DNA from: Eledone cirrhosa
Lineage: Eukaryota
NCBI GenBank assembly: GCA_964016885.1
Contig: OZ024741.1
Span: 354,392,001-354,456,000, forward strand
Length of the DNA: 64,000 nucleotides
Direction: 5' to 3'
Position numbers and translations under genes: made by a program. Below, in pieces: positions 25,197 through 38,830 of the stretch. The stretch's first letter is position 1. Each line of letters opens with the position of its first letter. Under the pieces are notes generated by a model. The model was given only the letters and a program-made list of their open reading frames with translations, did not search any database and was not told the origin of the DNA.

Positions 25197-25249
25197 CTTC
25201 AAAGGAAGAGAAAATGTAATTAATTAGATTATCAGTAAATAAAAGAAAC

Positions 25250-25515
25250 ATACATACACACATGAATGTAAGGACCGGTAACTTCTGATGGAGACATAGA
25301 AACACTTTAAATCTGGCAGAGCCCGTCCCTCTTCAAGTCTGAGCACAGACAACTTCTTTCACAGACAGAGTGAGAGAGAAGAAGTGAGAAAGAGATATAG
25401 AAAAAGAATCAATCTTAGTACTTGACTGGTACTTTAATAACAACCTCGAAAGTATGAATGGTAATGTTGACCTTGGCGAAATTTTAAATTAGAGTGCAGA
25501 GTGCTAGAATGACTT
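25250..25515 (-). mobile_element. Composite SINE (tRNA-like head, tail ending ttac.ggtcc.tacat..)
   Basis: Same head plus tail arrangement as 46722-47062 (+) and 47675-47985 (-). Confidence 0.6.
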
Positions 25516-26145
25516 TGCCATCATCACCATCACCATTTAACGTCCATTTCTCCATGCTAGCATGGGTTTGCCATTAAATAAATACCCATTTAGTATTGGC
25601 AAATGCAAGAATAAGCACTCAATACCATAATTAATAGTTACATGTAGCATATGGAGTAAATTTCAGCGTAAGAGATCACTGGATCAGCCTTGATAAACTA
25701 TTAATTTCTATTATGGTATGAACTTACTTAGTCTCATGTCCACCAATACTAAACAGATATATATAACCACAATTTCTGCATGAAAGAATAGAGACACATA
25801 CAAATATGATAGATAACAACCATAACATCATATTCACTCATCAGCCATTAAACTGGAATAGACAGTGATTTCAACTCAACTACTAATGGTATCACAATCT
25901 ATCTTCAAATGTCAGAAGATAAGGCAGGAATCTCTATTCCCTGGATTAGATGAATATAAGCATATAAGACAATACAGAACAGCTGGGTATGTGTATGGAA
26001 AATAATCAAGGGAACAGAATACAGCATAGGAATAAATTTAATATTAAAATCAAAACTGGATAAAGGGTCTTAAGACAGAGACAATGCAAGAACAGGTGTA
26101 AATATAGCACAGAATAGTAACACTAGGAAAGAATATTGAAGACTT

Positions 26146-27805
26146 TCATCATCATCATCATCGTTTAACGTCCATATTCCACGCTTGCATGGGTTTGGAC
26201 GGGAGGTTTCCCACTTGAGGCAAGATTTGTTGTCCTGCTCGTATAGGACTGTCTGGCGGGTTTTCTACGGCTGGATGCCCTTCCTAACACCAACCACATT
26301 TACAGTGTGAACTGGGAGGTTTTTACCGTGTTACCTACATGGCCACATTACAGCGTGGACTGTGTGTTTTTTTGTCGTGACACCTACACGACCTCATTTG
26401 TTTCGGGCTGGATGTTGTGACACCAACATAACTTTACATTGAAAGGGGTAGTGTGGATGGGGTGGGGGTAGTGGGATGGGGGTGTATTTTGTTAGAGGTG
26501 CCTACTGACTGTAGTAGGTTTCACTTTGTACTTAGGTAAGGCGGGTCTTCTCTATTACTGTGTAGTGCCAAAGCTCTCGGTCCAGTGACATTGTCTTGGA
26601 GAGGTGTAAGTGTGTGAGGTTGGAATTTATCAGCTCGTCCCAGGTTTTTCTGGGTCTGCCTACTCCGTGGCTACCGTCTATTTTTATTGCCCTGCACTTT
26701 TTTATACAGCTGCCGTCTTTCATGCGCATCACGTGACCATACCAACGTAGTCTTCTCTTGAGTAAACAACATCTGATCCCTCTTATTTCTAATTTCCCCC
26801 TTAGTTCGTTTATGCTTTGCCGTTCACGTATATTACTATTACACATCCAGCGGAGCATGCAAGCTTCGTTTCTCTCCAGTCTGCGTATATCCTCTGCACA
26901 CAATGCCCAGGTCTCACTGCCATGTAACATTGCTGTTCGTATGCAGGCATCATACAGCCTGCTTTTCATTTTTAGAGAAAACACTTTAGCAGCCAACTTT
27001 TTCCATCCCGTTCTGACTCTAGCTACTGTACTTTCAGAGCACCCTCCCCCACTGCTGATTTTATCACCCAGGTAATGGAAGCTGTCCACTATTTCTATAG
27101 AACCATCTGTGCAATGGAATGAGTTAGTATTCTGTGGGCACTTGCTGCTACTTATTGCACCAGAGCACCGGCCACATATAAAATCTATATTCTTAGTTAG
27201 CTTACCTGTGATCCCACTACATCTTTTATGTACCCATACTTTGCATTTGGGGCATAAAATGGAGTTTCTACCTACTCCTTTCCTACACACTGAGCATGGC
27301 CAGATGGGACCGGTGCCCTATTTTCCTTCCTACAAACTAGAACTTTAGTCTTAGACAAGTTAACTTTAAGGCCTTTTGATTCTAGGCCATGCTTCCATGT
27401 TTGGAATTTCTTCTCTAGTTCAGCCATTGATTCAGCTATGAGCGTTAAATCATCTGCATATAGGAGTTCCCATGGGCAGCCGGTCTTGAACTCCTCTGTT
27501 ATAGCCTGAAGGGCAATAATAAATAGTAGGGGACTAAGGACGGAGCCCTGATGAACACCAACTTTTACGCTAAACTCTTCACTATATTCGTTGTTAATTC
27601 TAACCTTGCTGACTGTTTCTTTATACATGGCTTGTATAGCTCTCACAAGCCATTCATCAACACCTAGTTTTCTAAGGGCCCACCAGATAATCGAGCGGGG
27701 TACTCTGTCAAAGGCTTTCTCCAAGTCAACAAAAGCTAAGTATAGGGGTTTACTTTTAGCTAGGTACTTCTCCTGTAGTTGTACAATGAAAAGAGCGTCT
27801 GTTGC
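26146..27805 (-). mobile_element. RTE-clade LINE, 5'-truncated, frameshifted
   Basis: Highly similar to the 11.6-kb copy; (CAT)n tail on plus; flanking actttcat at 26142 and 27806. Confidence 0.95.
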
Positions 27806-27807
27806 AC

Positions 27808-27845
<38 letters not shown>

Positions 27846-30642
27846 ATAATAATAATAATAGTAATAAAAATATGAAAACCAAAATCCAAAGTGGGCTCGA
27901 TAAGGATTGTGTGTATATATATATATATACACACATAAGTATATATAAACCCGTAGAGAAAATATTTATTATTAGTACAGATTAAAGTTTAAGAAAAGAA
28001 TTTCTATCACCCTATACGGGATCTTCTGAAACTGTGAAAAATCAATCTACGTCTACAGATTGAGTTAAATTATTTTCAAATCATCAAATCAAAAAAATTA
28101 ATCTATTTGAAGAATGAAATATTTCCGAAATGTTGCCAATGTATATATGTGATGAGAGAGGGGAGAAGCAAACGTGCAGATAATTTTAGGATGGTGGGAA
28201 ATGAGTGGGAAAGGGGAGAATCTAGCCTAGACAATGCCAAAGCAGAATAATTCTACAACAAAAAGAAATTACGAAGTCTAGAATTTCAGAATGTAGGCCA
28301 TTGTTTTGGAGTAGATAAATATTTATTTAGTGACATGAATAAAGTCTTAATCTCTCATAGTGCAGATTCTTTTTATTTTTGCATATGGTGTAGAATATTG
28401 TAACTGGTGCTGTGCTGTGTCTGTGTCAAACATGTTTTTAAAATTGCAGCTGGATAGACAAAGGGAGAACCAAAAAGAAGATTATTTAACCCTTTTGATA
28501 ACAAACCACTTGACATTTCCCCAGGTTTTATGACATAGAATTGTTTGTTTTAAAATGTTTATATCTATGTAAAAACGTTTTCACCATAATTTTATGTAAT
28601 AACCTTTTTGAAATTATGCTGCAAACATCAGATATATAATAAGAAAGTTAATTATTTCACTGAATCATTCCAAATCTTTGGCTGTTCTCTGTGACAATGC
28701 CTAAGAATCTCCTTTTCCTTACTTTCACTATTTAATTTTTTCTCTCTTTTTTTTTCTGCAAACATTATATAATTTAATTGAAATTTGTTCAATAAATCCT
28801 TGTAAATATTTTCATTTTATTATTTTTCAAAGTGATTTGTGTGTCTTTCATGAGAAATATGGAAAGAAAAGAGTTACTAGAGCATCATGGTAGTAGAGTG
28901 CCACATGTTGAAATAATTAGCCTATATCAAATTATTAAATGACTGTCATTTAGCTGTATAAAAAAAAATCATCTGCTTTAGTCACTCAAAGATAAACATA
29001 GGAAATAGCACTGCGCATTATCAATTCACCGCACCCAAAGAGACATTAAAAATAACACAGTTGTATTTATTTATTTTTGTCCATAAATTGCTTGCAACAG
29101 CAGATTTAGCATTAGAAATAACACAAAATAATGCAATGCAGGATTTCTTTTATTGAAAGTAAAAACAAAAAAGAGAGACTAGTAGAAAGAAAAAGTAAGG
29201 AAAATTTAAATGGATGTTTAAAGAGAAGATTGAAAGAAAGAGGAGAGTGCAAAGTCTAAAAAAAATATGGTAATGTTTAATGTTGGCAAATGGTGAGTGA
29301 AAAATAAAAATTCCACAATGTTATATTTTATTTTAACAGAGTTGTTATTCTAACTCCAATAATAAAGAAACTAGAGTTCCAGGTTGAAAATTCTTACTGA
29401 AAATTCTTTGCTGTTCTTGAAATGATCAAAAGAGTTAGCAATTTTAACAGGTCACTAAACACAGACAGAATTTATCTCAAGACATGTTTTAAACTATAAG
29501 ACTCTCTTCCTCATCATATCTTGTTAGTTCAATTAACCATAGCAATGCATACCTCTAGTGGTTTCTATTTATGTTTGTCTCTCTGTGATTGTGTGAGAAA
29601 CAAGGCAGAGGGAAATAAAGCCGAAGACTGAGTGAGATGAGAGGAGACCAAGATAAAATAAGAAAAATAGAAGAGATAGAGGGAGAGAGAGCTATGGAAG
29701 AAGAGAGAAAGGAGGGGTGGGGGAGAAGGGAGAGCCAGAAAAAAAATGTGTGTGAGAGAGAGAATGTCAGAGAGGAAAAGAGAGATAGCCATGAAAATGA
29801 TATATATAAGAAAGAGATGACACTAGTGAGAGAAAGTCAGAGAACAAGTGAGGGATAGCCAGAAACAAAGAGTGAGATAGGATCAGGGGAGAAATAGAGA
29901 TATAACCAGAGAGAAACAGAAAGAAAGACCCAGAGAAGAAAAGAGAACCTGGGTGGAGAGGGAGAAAGAAAGAGAGAGTCAAAAGGTGAGGAACAGCTGG
30001 TGGCCAGAAAAGAAAGAGTATGGAAGTGATGAGAGAAGTGTTGGTGATAAAAGAGGAAGAGAGAGCAATAGTGAGAGTCAATGTAATATAGAAAGCAACA
30101 AGATGACCTGATAAAACCAAGAAAAATGCAGTTTGACAGGCTGTAACCCATTCACCAATGTATTGCAGTTACTGAAAGATTAACAGTGTCTCTTGGTTAT
30201 TACAACAATTTCTGCTTCACTTAGCTTGCTGGATCTATGCAACACTCAAAAATCTGCCAAGAAATTTTCACAAATCTGGAAACTGTTAGGTTTTAGAATT
30301 CTTATTTTTCTTACCAAAAACCCAACGGGCACACATAAATCCTTTCCCACCATCATATAGGCTGTACTACCACCATCACATAAACTTCACCACCACCACT
30401 ACGACCACAGACTACCACTCTCTAAACCACCACTGCCACCATTGCATAGACCCTACCACCATTACCTCCAAGACACATTGTATGTCGCTATGGTGTCCCT
30501 ACTATTCTATCAGGAGTTATGGGTTTATGCATACATAAGAGAATAACTCTGAGATTAATGCCTTCATTAAACATTTTCATTACAGGAGCAAAGATTAGAA
30601 GAACAGAAGAGCAAAGAAAGTCAAGACTGTGATGTTACAAAG

Positions 30643-30860
30643 GTAGTGGATTGGCAGAATTGGTAGAGCATTGGATAAAATGCTATTGTGGTATTTGTTC
30701 TGGCTCTTTACATTCTGAGTTAAAATCCATCCAAATCCAACTTTATTTTTCATCCTTTCTGGGTCAATAAAATAAAGTATCAGTAAAGTACTGGGTTTGA
30801 TTTAATCAACTTTGTCCTCCACCAAAAGTTTGATGGCCTAGTGCCTAAATTAGAAATCAA
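30643..30860 (+). mobile_element. tRNA-derived SINE, diverged
   Basis: gtggattggcagaattggtagagc...tttcatcctttctgggtcaataaaataaagt. Confidence 0.8.
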
Positions 30861-31654
30861 TATGTGATATGACACATTTCACTTAACTTTACAAATTGAT
30901 CAGTAAATGACAGAAGGAGGGGTAGGTTAAATATAAGAAGAAAATCTGATATCTACATGGAGAATTTAAGTAGGATATTGAGTACAATTAAAGCTCAAAA
31001 TAGATATATAAAGCCCAGAGATAAAAATGTGAAATCTAGAACAAACTGAAATACAGTACGTATTTAACTTCTTTTCTTTCTAATGTACATCTAGAAGGGA
31101 AAATATTTGCTTATAAGTATGTACAGAGTATAACTAAACCATTAAATAAATCCTATCCTAGTTGCTTTATACAGGTACTCAAGTGAATATCTATGATTCT
31201 TAATAGAAGGGAAGCAAGTAGACTAGCACAGTACTATTTCTGGTTTAAATCCATTGAGATTTGAGGATATCATTTGAGTATTGCATGAAACCATGGTAGG
31301 TATAAATTACCTACTTACCTATACACACACATACACACATATATATAACATACTCTATACACTTCCTGACAAGCAGGTATTCACCAGTTTAATGGTTTTA
31401 CACTAAAAAACATCATATAGAAATACATCCTCTGTATGTGTGTGTGCTCAATTTTATCTTTGTTGTGAGTTCTAATTCTACCAGAGTCAACTGTCTTTCA
31501 TTGTCTAAGCTTGATAAAGTAATAGACATTTTCAGGGGAGAGAGCAAGTGTTCATTTGGCTATCTATATCCCTTTCTTATAAAGATATGGTGTTATACCA
31601 ATGAAATTAAATATTCATTAAGTAAATGATTAGTAAGATGATGACAGGCAGAAA

Positions 31655-31800
31655 ATTGGCAGAGTCATTAGAATGTTGAATAGAATGATTTGGGGTGTTT
31701 GTTCTGGCTCTCTGCTCTAAGTTCAAATCCTGCCAAGATCAACTTTGCCTTTCATCCTTCTGAAATTTTATTTAAAAAATTACCAGTCCAGTACTGGGGT
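31655..31800 (+). mobile_element. tRNA-derived SINE, diverged
   Basis: aagttcaaatcctgcc..aactttgcctttcatcc motifs. Confidence 0.7.
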
Positions 31801-32166
31801 TGATTCTTTATCTATATCTCTTTATATCCTTCTCAGGTTTAATGTGCTTATGGATATGGAGCAAAAAAAAATCTCCTACAGTAAAATGCAGCAAAAACAC
31901 AACACACAAATGTAACCAACTTACCTACACATACACATATAACACATTCTATATACTTCTTGACAAGCAGAAGATATGGGTCCATACATACATAAAAGTT
32001 GATTACATTAAATCAGATTTTATTTCAAAGGATAGCAATTTATTTTTCAAAAGAAGAAAACAAAAATTAGGCGATGCTCAGATATCATCCTCATCACTAT
32101 TTAACATCAATTTTTCCTGCTGAATAATGATGATGATGATAATTGTAAAGAAATATGATTACTTAC

Positions 32167-32341
32167 TTAAAGATGTGGCTTTCTGAGACTGTGCAACTGC
32201 CATGAGATTTCCCAACAATACTGCAACTACACACCTTACATCATAATTTGATCCATCCAGTGCACGGAAACACAATGATGCAACAGTTTCTAGTTCACTA
32301 GTATACATAAAGTGAGCTTCATTTACCAACTGTATCATACA
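32167..32341 (-). CDS. HEATR5B: HEATR5B exon (CMIQLVNEAHFMYTSELE...QKATSL)
   Basis: tttcag|TGTATG...TCTTTAA|gtaagt; 175 nt, phase 0->1. Confidence 0.93.
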
Positions 32342-32367
32342 CTGAAATGTAAGTGATGGAAAATTTT

Positions 32368-32994
32368 TTAACCCTTTGGATAACAAAACTTCCTGAAACC
32401 ACCACTATAAAGCAAAACTTTTCATTTGAAAGTGTTTATAGTTACCTAAAACGTTGCCATCATTTTATAGAAGAATCTTTGATAAGTTATGTTCCAAACA
32501 TTGTCTTAATAAGAAAGTTAGTTATATAACTATATCTCTTCAAATTCTTGATTATTTTCGAAATTATTTAAAAATCAGAGGCAGTGTGTTTTATTAGAAA
32601 TATGGAAATGAAAGGGTTAACAGGCAAATAAATACACACTGGATATGTAAATGGGAATTTTTTTTTTTTTTTTTGCTCATAGGCTTCATGGGTTCTCTGA
32701 GATTGGAGATATTGATGCTATTGATGTTCTGTTGAACACTTTTGAGACCAAACCACATGGAACCAGCCCGGGTTTTATGATACAAAATGACTTATTTTAA
32801 AATGTTTATATTTATCTGAAAAACATCCATCATAATTGTATGTATGAACTTTTGTTATGTTGTGTTTCAAGCACCATCAGAAAGTTAGTTGCATAATTAT
32901 ATGTCTCCAAATTCTTGATTATTTTCAAAATTATTTGAAAATCATAGGTAGTATATTTCATTACTAAACATAAATATAATAATGAAAGGGTTAA
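32368..32994. mobile_element. Two adjacent piggyBac-type MITE copies (32368-32620 and about 32731-32994)
   Basis: TTAACCCTTT start; both copies end aatgaaagggttaa; opposite orientation to the 10187 copy. Confidence 0.75.
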
Positions 32995-33094
32995 TTAATT
33001 TTAGATAATTTTTTTACATGGTAGAGACATATTAAGACACACTTTTCAGTTGATGCAAAGCAACTATGACTCTGGCAATTCAAGAGCAATTCTA

Positions 33095-33460
<366 letters not shown>

Positions 33461-35222
33461 TTATCTGGAAAAATTGGTTTCAGAAAAAGCATAAATAAAT
33501 AAATAAATTTACGAATAAAAGAAAACACCAAGGTTGAATTCAATGCTCAGTTTAGTCCTCTTGACCCTTTGTTTGGCAGTTTTCTATGGTTGGATACTCT
33601 ACCTGCCACTATATTTTACCATGTCACAAATACTAGAGAGGTTGCTGTGCCTTTGACACATGAGCCTTCTCAACAATTCCTAAAAAAATAATAACATTGA
33701 ATTTAGCAAGGCCATTAATGTTGCATCTTTATAGTAGAGTGTATAAGGATGGGTTGAGTTGTTGAAAGATATAGTTTCAAGGGAGGATTAAACAACATTC
33801 TATGTATGAAGATTAGGAGATACAGCAAAAAAGCATAAATGAGCCTGCCTTTCAACAGTACATGTAAATTGTAGAGATGGAAAAACCTCGTGTTTTCTGA
33901 AAAAAATGAGGTTTTATTAAGTGGTTTTGAGAATTTGCTTAGCAACAACAATAAAACAACACTGCCTGACACATTGTTCACCAATTGAGAAATGCACAAA
34001 TGTAGGCCTTTTTGTTAAAATTGCCTCCAACATTATATCTCTGAATATGGCAGAGGCACAGTCCAAAATGAAAATAGTGGAAAAGTTGCATTCATAAAGA
34101 TTACATCTCTTTGTCTGAAGCATTTTTTCAGGAGTGAACAAGGAGAAAACTGACCCATCCTTAAGGGACCAAATAAGGGAGGATCTATCAGATGCTTGGA
34201 GAAGTATCTTGTCCATATAGACAAGCAGACAAAGCTTGGAGATAAGCGGAGATTGTACATGAAACATCTGCTCATAAGCAAGTGTTTCAGTGCATGGGAC
34301 AGAATAATATAAGAGTGACATTAACCTTTGGCTTGTAATCACCTTTGTCACACAATATGGGCTAGTGATAAATGCACAAGTAAGAAGAAACAATATGTAG
34401 TAGGGAGGGATCAACTTGGACCTTCAAGTATTGATCCTCCAGGACCATTTCAGAGATGTGCCCTATTGTGAGTACTGAATTAAAGGCAATAAAACTGGTG
34501 ATGCAAAACCAAGTTAAGAATATCCAATCTATTTTATTTTATTGTTTTGCATTTTTTTACAACTAGCAGCAGCAGGATGGGTTTGAACATTAAGACATAT
34601 GCGTATTTTTGGAACAAGTGTTTACATTACTGGACACCCCTCCCTGCCATATAACACATACACATGAAGTAGGATTGGAACATATATTTTACTTGAGTTG
34701 GCAGAATTAAATAGCGTGACCAGGGTGCCAACACAATAACTACAGCATGTAGTCAATAATAGAGCTCCTTAAACTCATAGCAATTGTGCCTCTATGCTGT
34801 GCTAAAATAATAACAACTGTACAATATACAATATTGATTTCTTTTTGACTAAGCATATCATGCCTTAATAATGCTTTTGAATGACTAACAGCAGTTTGCA
34901 ATATTTACTATAACAAACAGGGTATGTAGATATTTTGGAAAGCTGTTCTTCATTATTGCCAGTCACCAACCTAAACAGCTGGTACTTTCATCATCATCAT
35001 CATTATTATTATCTTTGGTTAACATCCACTTCCCCTGCTAGCAAGTTTATTTCAGTAAATTAATTGGAGAAAATAAATATGTACTTATAGAGTAACCAAA
35101 TTTTATTTCAGTTTGAAATAACAGGAAAAAAAAAATAAAACAAGTAGAGTGAAACTAATAAATACTGAAACATTTTTTTGTAGCCAATTTGGTGATAACT
35201 AAAGTATTAATAATCTATGCTG

Positions 35223-35258
<36 letters not shown>

Positions 35259-35797
35259 ATATTTTTAATGAGCAAAGTTTTACTCAATAAAATTCTGCTC
35301 CTTAAATATAACATGCTCCAGAAAGTATTTATTTCAATTACAAAAGCAATGATGATTAAAATCAAAGACAACAAACATAAAAAGCAACTTTCTCTAATAG
35401 GTTTGGACAATTTGAAAACATTTCATTAGTTAGTTATATTAGTCTACATTCTAAATTCAAATTTTGCTAGATTCAGCATTTATAGCTTGGACTTGCAGGA
35501 GTCATTAAAATGATATTTTGAGACTGATTCAATATATTGTACTGATTCTCTATAAAAGCTGAATTTATGTTTCATCAAAAGATATTGATTTTGGACAACA
35601 GAATGCTGCTTTTGTACTTGGCTTCGTGGTTCATTCATTCGAGTTCAAATTCTACAAAGGTCAACTTTACCTTTCTCCCAACCAATAATATACTATGGTT
35701 GATTCACTCAAATTGATACTCTTTTGTAATGCTTAACCTTATTCATAGTCAAAAGGAAACAATTTTATCAGATTACTACAGTATTAATCTTAAAAGT

Positions 35798-36294
35798 TTA
35801 AACCTTTTGATGCCAAACTGCCTGAAACTGCCTCTGATTCCAATATACTAAGCAACTTATTTTAAAGTATAAATCATCATCATCATCATTGTCATTGTCC
35901 ATCTTCCATGGGTTGGACAGGTTTGTCCCACTTGAGGCAAGCTTGGTTGGGTGATCATGTCTCGCTCATACAGAACTGTTTCTGGCAGGTTTTCTATGGC
36001 TGGATGTCCTTCCTAACACCAATCACATTTACAGTGTGGACTGGGAGCCTTTTTACCGTGTCTCCTACACAACCACTTTACAGTATGGACTGGGTGCTTT
36101 TTGCCATGTCACCTATATGACCACTTTACATCATAATTTTATGTGAGAACATTTAAGCTATGCTCCAAATGCCAGTTTGATAATGATGAAATTAATTATA
36201 TTACTAAATTCCTCCAAATTCTTGATTATTTTCAAAGTTATTTCAAGATGATAGGCAACGTTTTACATTAGAAATATATTAACAAAAGGGTTAA
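35798..36294. mobile_element. piggyBac-type MITE interrupted by an RTE 3' UTR fragment (about 35875-36132, minus)
   Basis: ttaaaccttttgatgcc...aacaaaagggttaa ends; internal catcatcat..cttccatgggttggacagg tail. Confidence 0.7.
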
Positions 36295-36344
36295 ACTTGT
36301 ATATAAATAAGAAACATTCTTATATACACAATTAGACATCACAA

Positions 36345-36720
36345 CTGGAGCCAACAGGTCTTGACTGCGCAGACAGCAAGCACCCTGATGGAATCATCCA
36401 CTTCCCATTCGAAGGAGGTAGATCCCTGGGACACCACATGCTGTGATACGTTCTCCGCCTCCAGCTTAGTCGCTTCAACCATAAACCCTGGTACTGCAGC
36501 CAGAGGAAAAGAAGATAAACAAAAACCGGGGATTGTCCGGCCACTTCCGCTTCACACCAGTCACTGTCAACATCTCAAGTGTACTTGGACCTTGCATTGC
36601 TGAGCTCTTCCACAAGATTGGAACGTCAGTGGGGTGTCTGTTACAACAGGTGTAGCCGACCATAGTCTGCGGGAATGCTTTTGCGGTCTTGTTCGCGGGG
36701 CACATCCCCATTACCACCGT
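36345..36720 (+). mobile_element. 3' fragment of a CRE-like non-LTR retrotransposon (RLE domain)
   Basis: Translates across frameshifts as LEPTGLDCADSKHPDG..FEGGRSL.WDTTCCDT..PGTAA..FTPV..VLGP..GNAFAV, matching the EPxGL..RPDG..WDxT RLE signature. Confidence 0.75.
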
Positions 36721-38489
36721 GCCCTGGGCCCAGAGCCCAATCACCCTCCCCATTCTTCTGTGACACTAGAACCCTTCCTTTTACGTTTTTTTTTATATTT
36801 TCTTATTTTACATTCCATTTTTTCTTCTCAATCTAAAAAAAAAAAATTTTCTTTTTCTATTAAATTGATTTTGCTATTATAAACATCAATTTACTACTGT
36901 TTTCTAAATAGAATTAGACATTGTATAATGAGAAAAATGGCTTGTAGGATTGACACAGTTAAAACTATCTATATGTCAGTCCAATTCCACAGAAGACAAA
37001 AATATTAGACATACTTCAACATTAAAAATGTATTGATGTTTTGCTTAACTATCTCATAAATTAAGTAAAAATGATATATATAAATATATATATATATATA
37101 TATTTTAATCAGATTATGTATTAGTTTAACACCAACACTTCAGTATGCAAGGTAGAGCACTCAACGAAGTCCACAAGAGGGTCTGTTAACTCCAGAATAA
37201 ATTTATAAACCTTTCATCATAATTTTATATAGGAACCTTTGTTAAGTGATATTCCAAAATCTCTCCACATTCTTTATTATTTTAGAAATTATTTGAAAAT
37301 CAGAGGTAGTGTATTTCATTAGAAATATGGTAAGGAAATAGTTAAAGTAATGCTATAAGACAAAAAAAAAAAAAAAAAAAATCGGTATTTATCAAATATT
37401 TGATAATTAAACATACAAAAGCAAAATATATTAAATATATAAAGGTGGCCAATATTTTTAAATTTCCTCATCACTCTTAGCTTTACTCAGCCATCTTACT
37501 AAGGCAAACATTTTTTAATAATCTCTATCTACAGGAATTTCATGTGAAGCAAAACATCTTATGAAATTATCAAACTGAAGATCTCCCTCCTCTGCTCCTA
37601 CATATATATATATATACTCACACATACATACATAAACAGTATATATATGGCACCTGTCCAACGAGAAAAGCTGTGTGATCATTGAATAATTTTCTCTCCA
37701 TTAAGAAATTTGGAGAGGAGTGCTAGGTTGATGAAATAAAGTATGTAGAGAAGGAAAGAATAAAGATTTAAGCATACAAAAATGTTTGTTAGTGAGTGGG
37801 TGAGATAGACAGCAGCACAGGCAGAGGCCATTCTAGTATTAGATAAAAATCAGAACAAAAATTCAAAATCCACTTCATTTTGGACTAAAAATAACGTTCA
37901 AATGTTAGGTATCATGACCCAGCTATATCAGACTTGTTATAATTATCAATATTATAAAAATAAAGAATAAAGAAATCGTTATTATTAAAATAAAGAAAAG
38001 ATTATTATGATGATGATCAACAACAGTAACATTAATGTGAAATCTTATAGAAACATATCTTATTCAAGGATAAGCAAACAAGGAGAAAACAGAATGATCA
38101 GCATATGAAAAGTACAGTAATCAATACAGAATATTGATTGGAAAATGCATTGCCTTTGCAATAAAAAGACAGTTAAGCCTATAAAGAGTAGAAGAAAACA
38201 CCTAAAATGTTACGAAAATAACGGTTTCTAATTTAGGCACAAAAATATTTTTTTTTTTTTTTTTTTTGTCGAAGGGGTGTAATTTGGTTGAATTGACCTC
38301 CAAACTGGATTGTTACTTTATTTTATCATAGGAAAATATTCTTTTCCTATGCTATCAAGCATTAAATTAATATGTATCTTCAATGTACTGTATCGTTTCC
38401 CTGCGTTGTTTATCCATTTACTTTTCACACCCAGAGAGACAGATAGACAGAGAGAGAAACAGATTTTCTCAAATGCTTGGGTAACTAAC

Positions 38490-38830
38490 TAGAAGTTGTT
38501 GACAGCTTTTGTTACTTAGGTGACCTAATTAGCAGTGGGAATGGGTGTTCTGAAATCATAGTAGATAGAGTAAGATCGGCTGGAAAAAGTCCAGGGAGCT
38601 ATTGTTTCTGCTGGCAACAAAATGCTTCTCAGAGTGAAGTGTGGACTTATAATCCTTGTGTATGAACTGCAATGCTGCATGGAAGTGAAGACTAGATGGA
38701 AATGAAGTAAGCGAGTGTGTACATGATTGGTATAACATAAATGAACTGAGAGAAAAATTAGGTATATGAGGAATCATGTAGTGTACAAGAGAGGAGATTG
38801 CACAAGTTCAGACATATGATACACATAGCT
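38490..38830 (+). mobile_element. Old RTE-clade LINE fragment
   Basis: gaagttgttgacagcttttgttacttaggtgacc (EVVDSFCYLGD), gcaatgctgcatggaagtga. Confidence 0.75.

Noticed and set aside
29553-29582. 30-nt segment with acag| and |gtatgc boundaries on minus, downstream of a long pyrimidine tract
   Set aside because: Has a stop in the required phase-1 frame and in the other two. It could be a poison exon, but nothing supports it beyond splice-like motifs in low-complexity DNA.
29565-30151. ORFs in GA-rich sequence (also 48961-49472 and 41358-41645)
   Set aside because: Low-complexity purine or pyrimidine tracts with no recognisable protein similarity.
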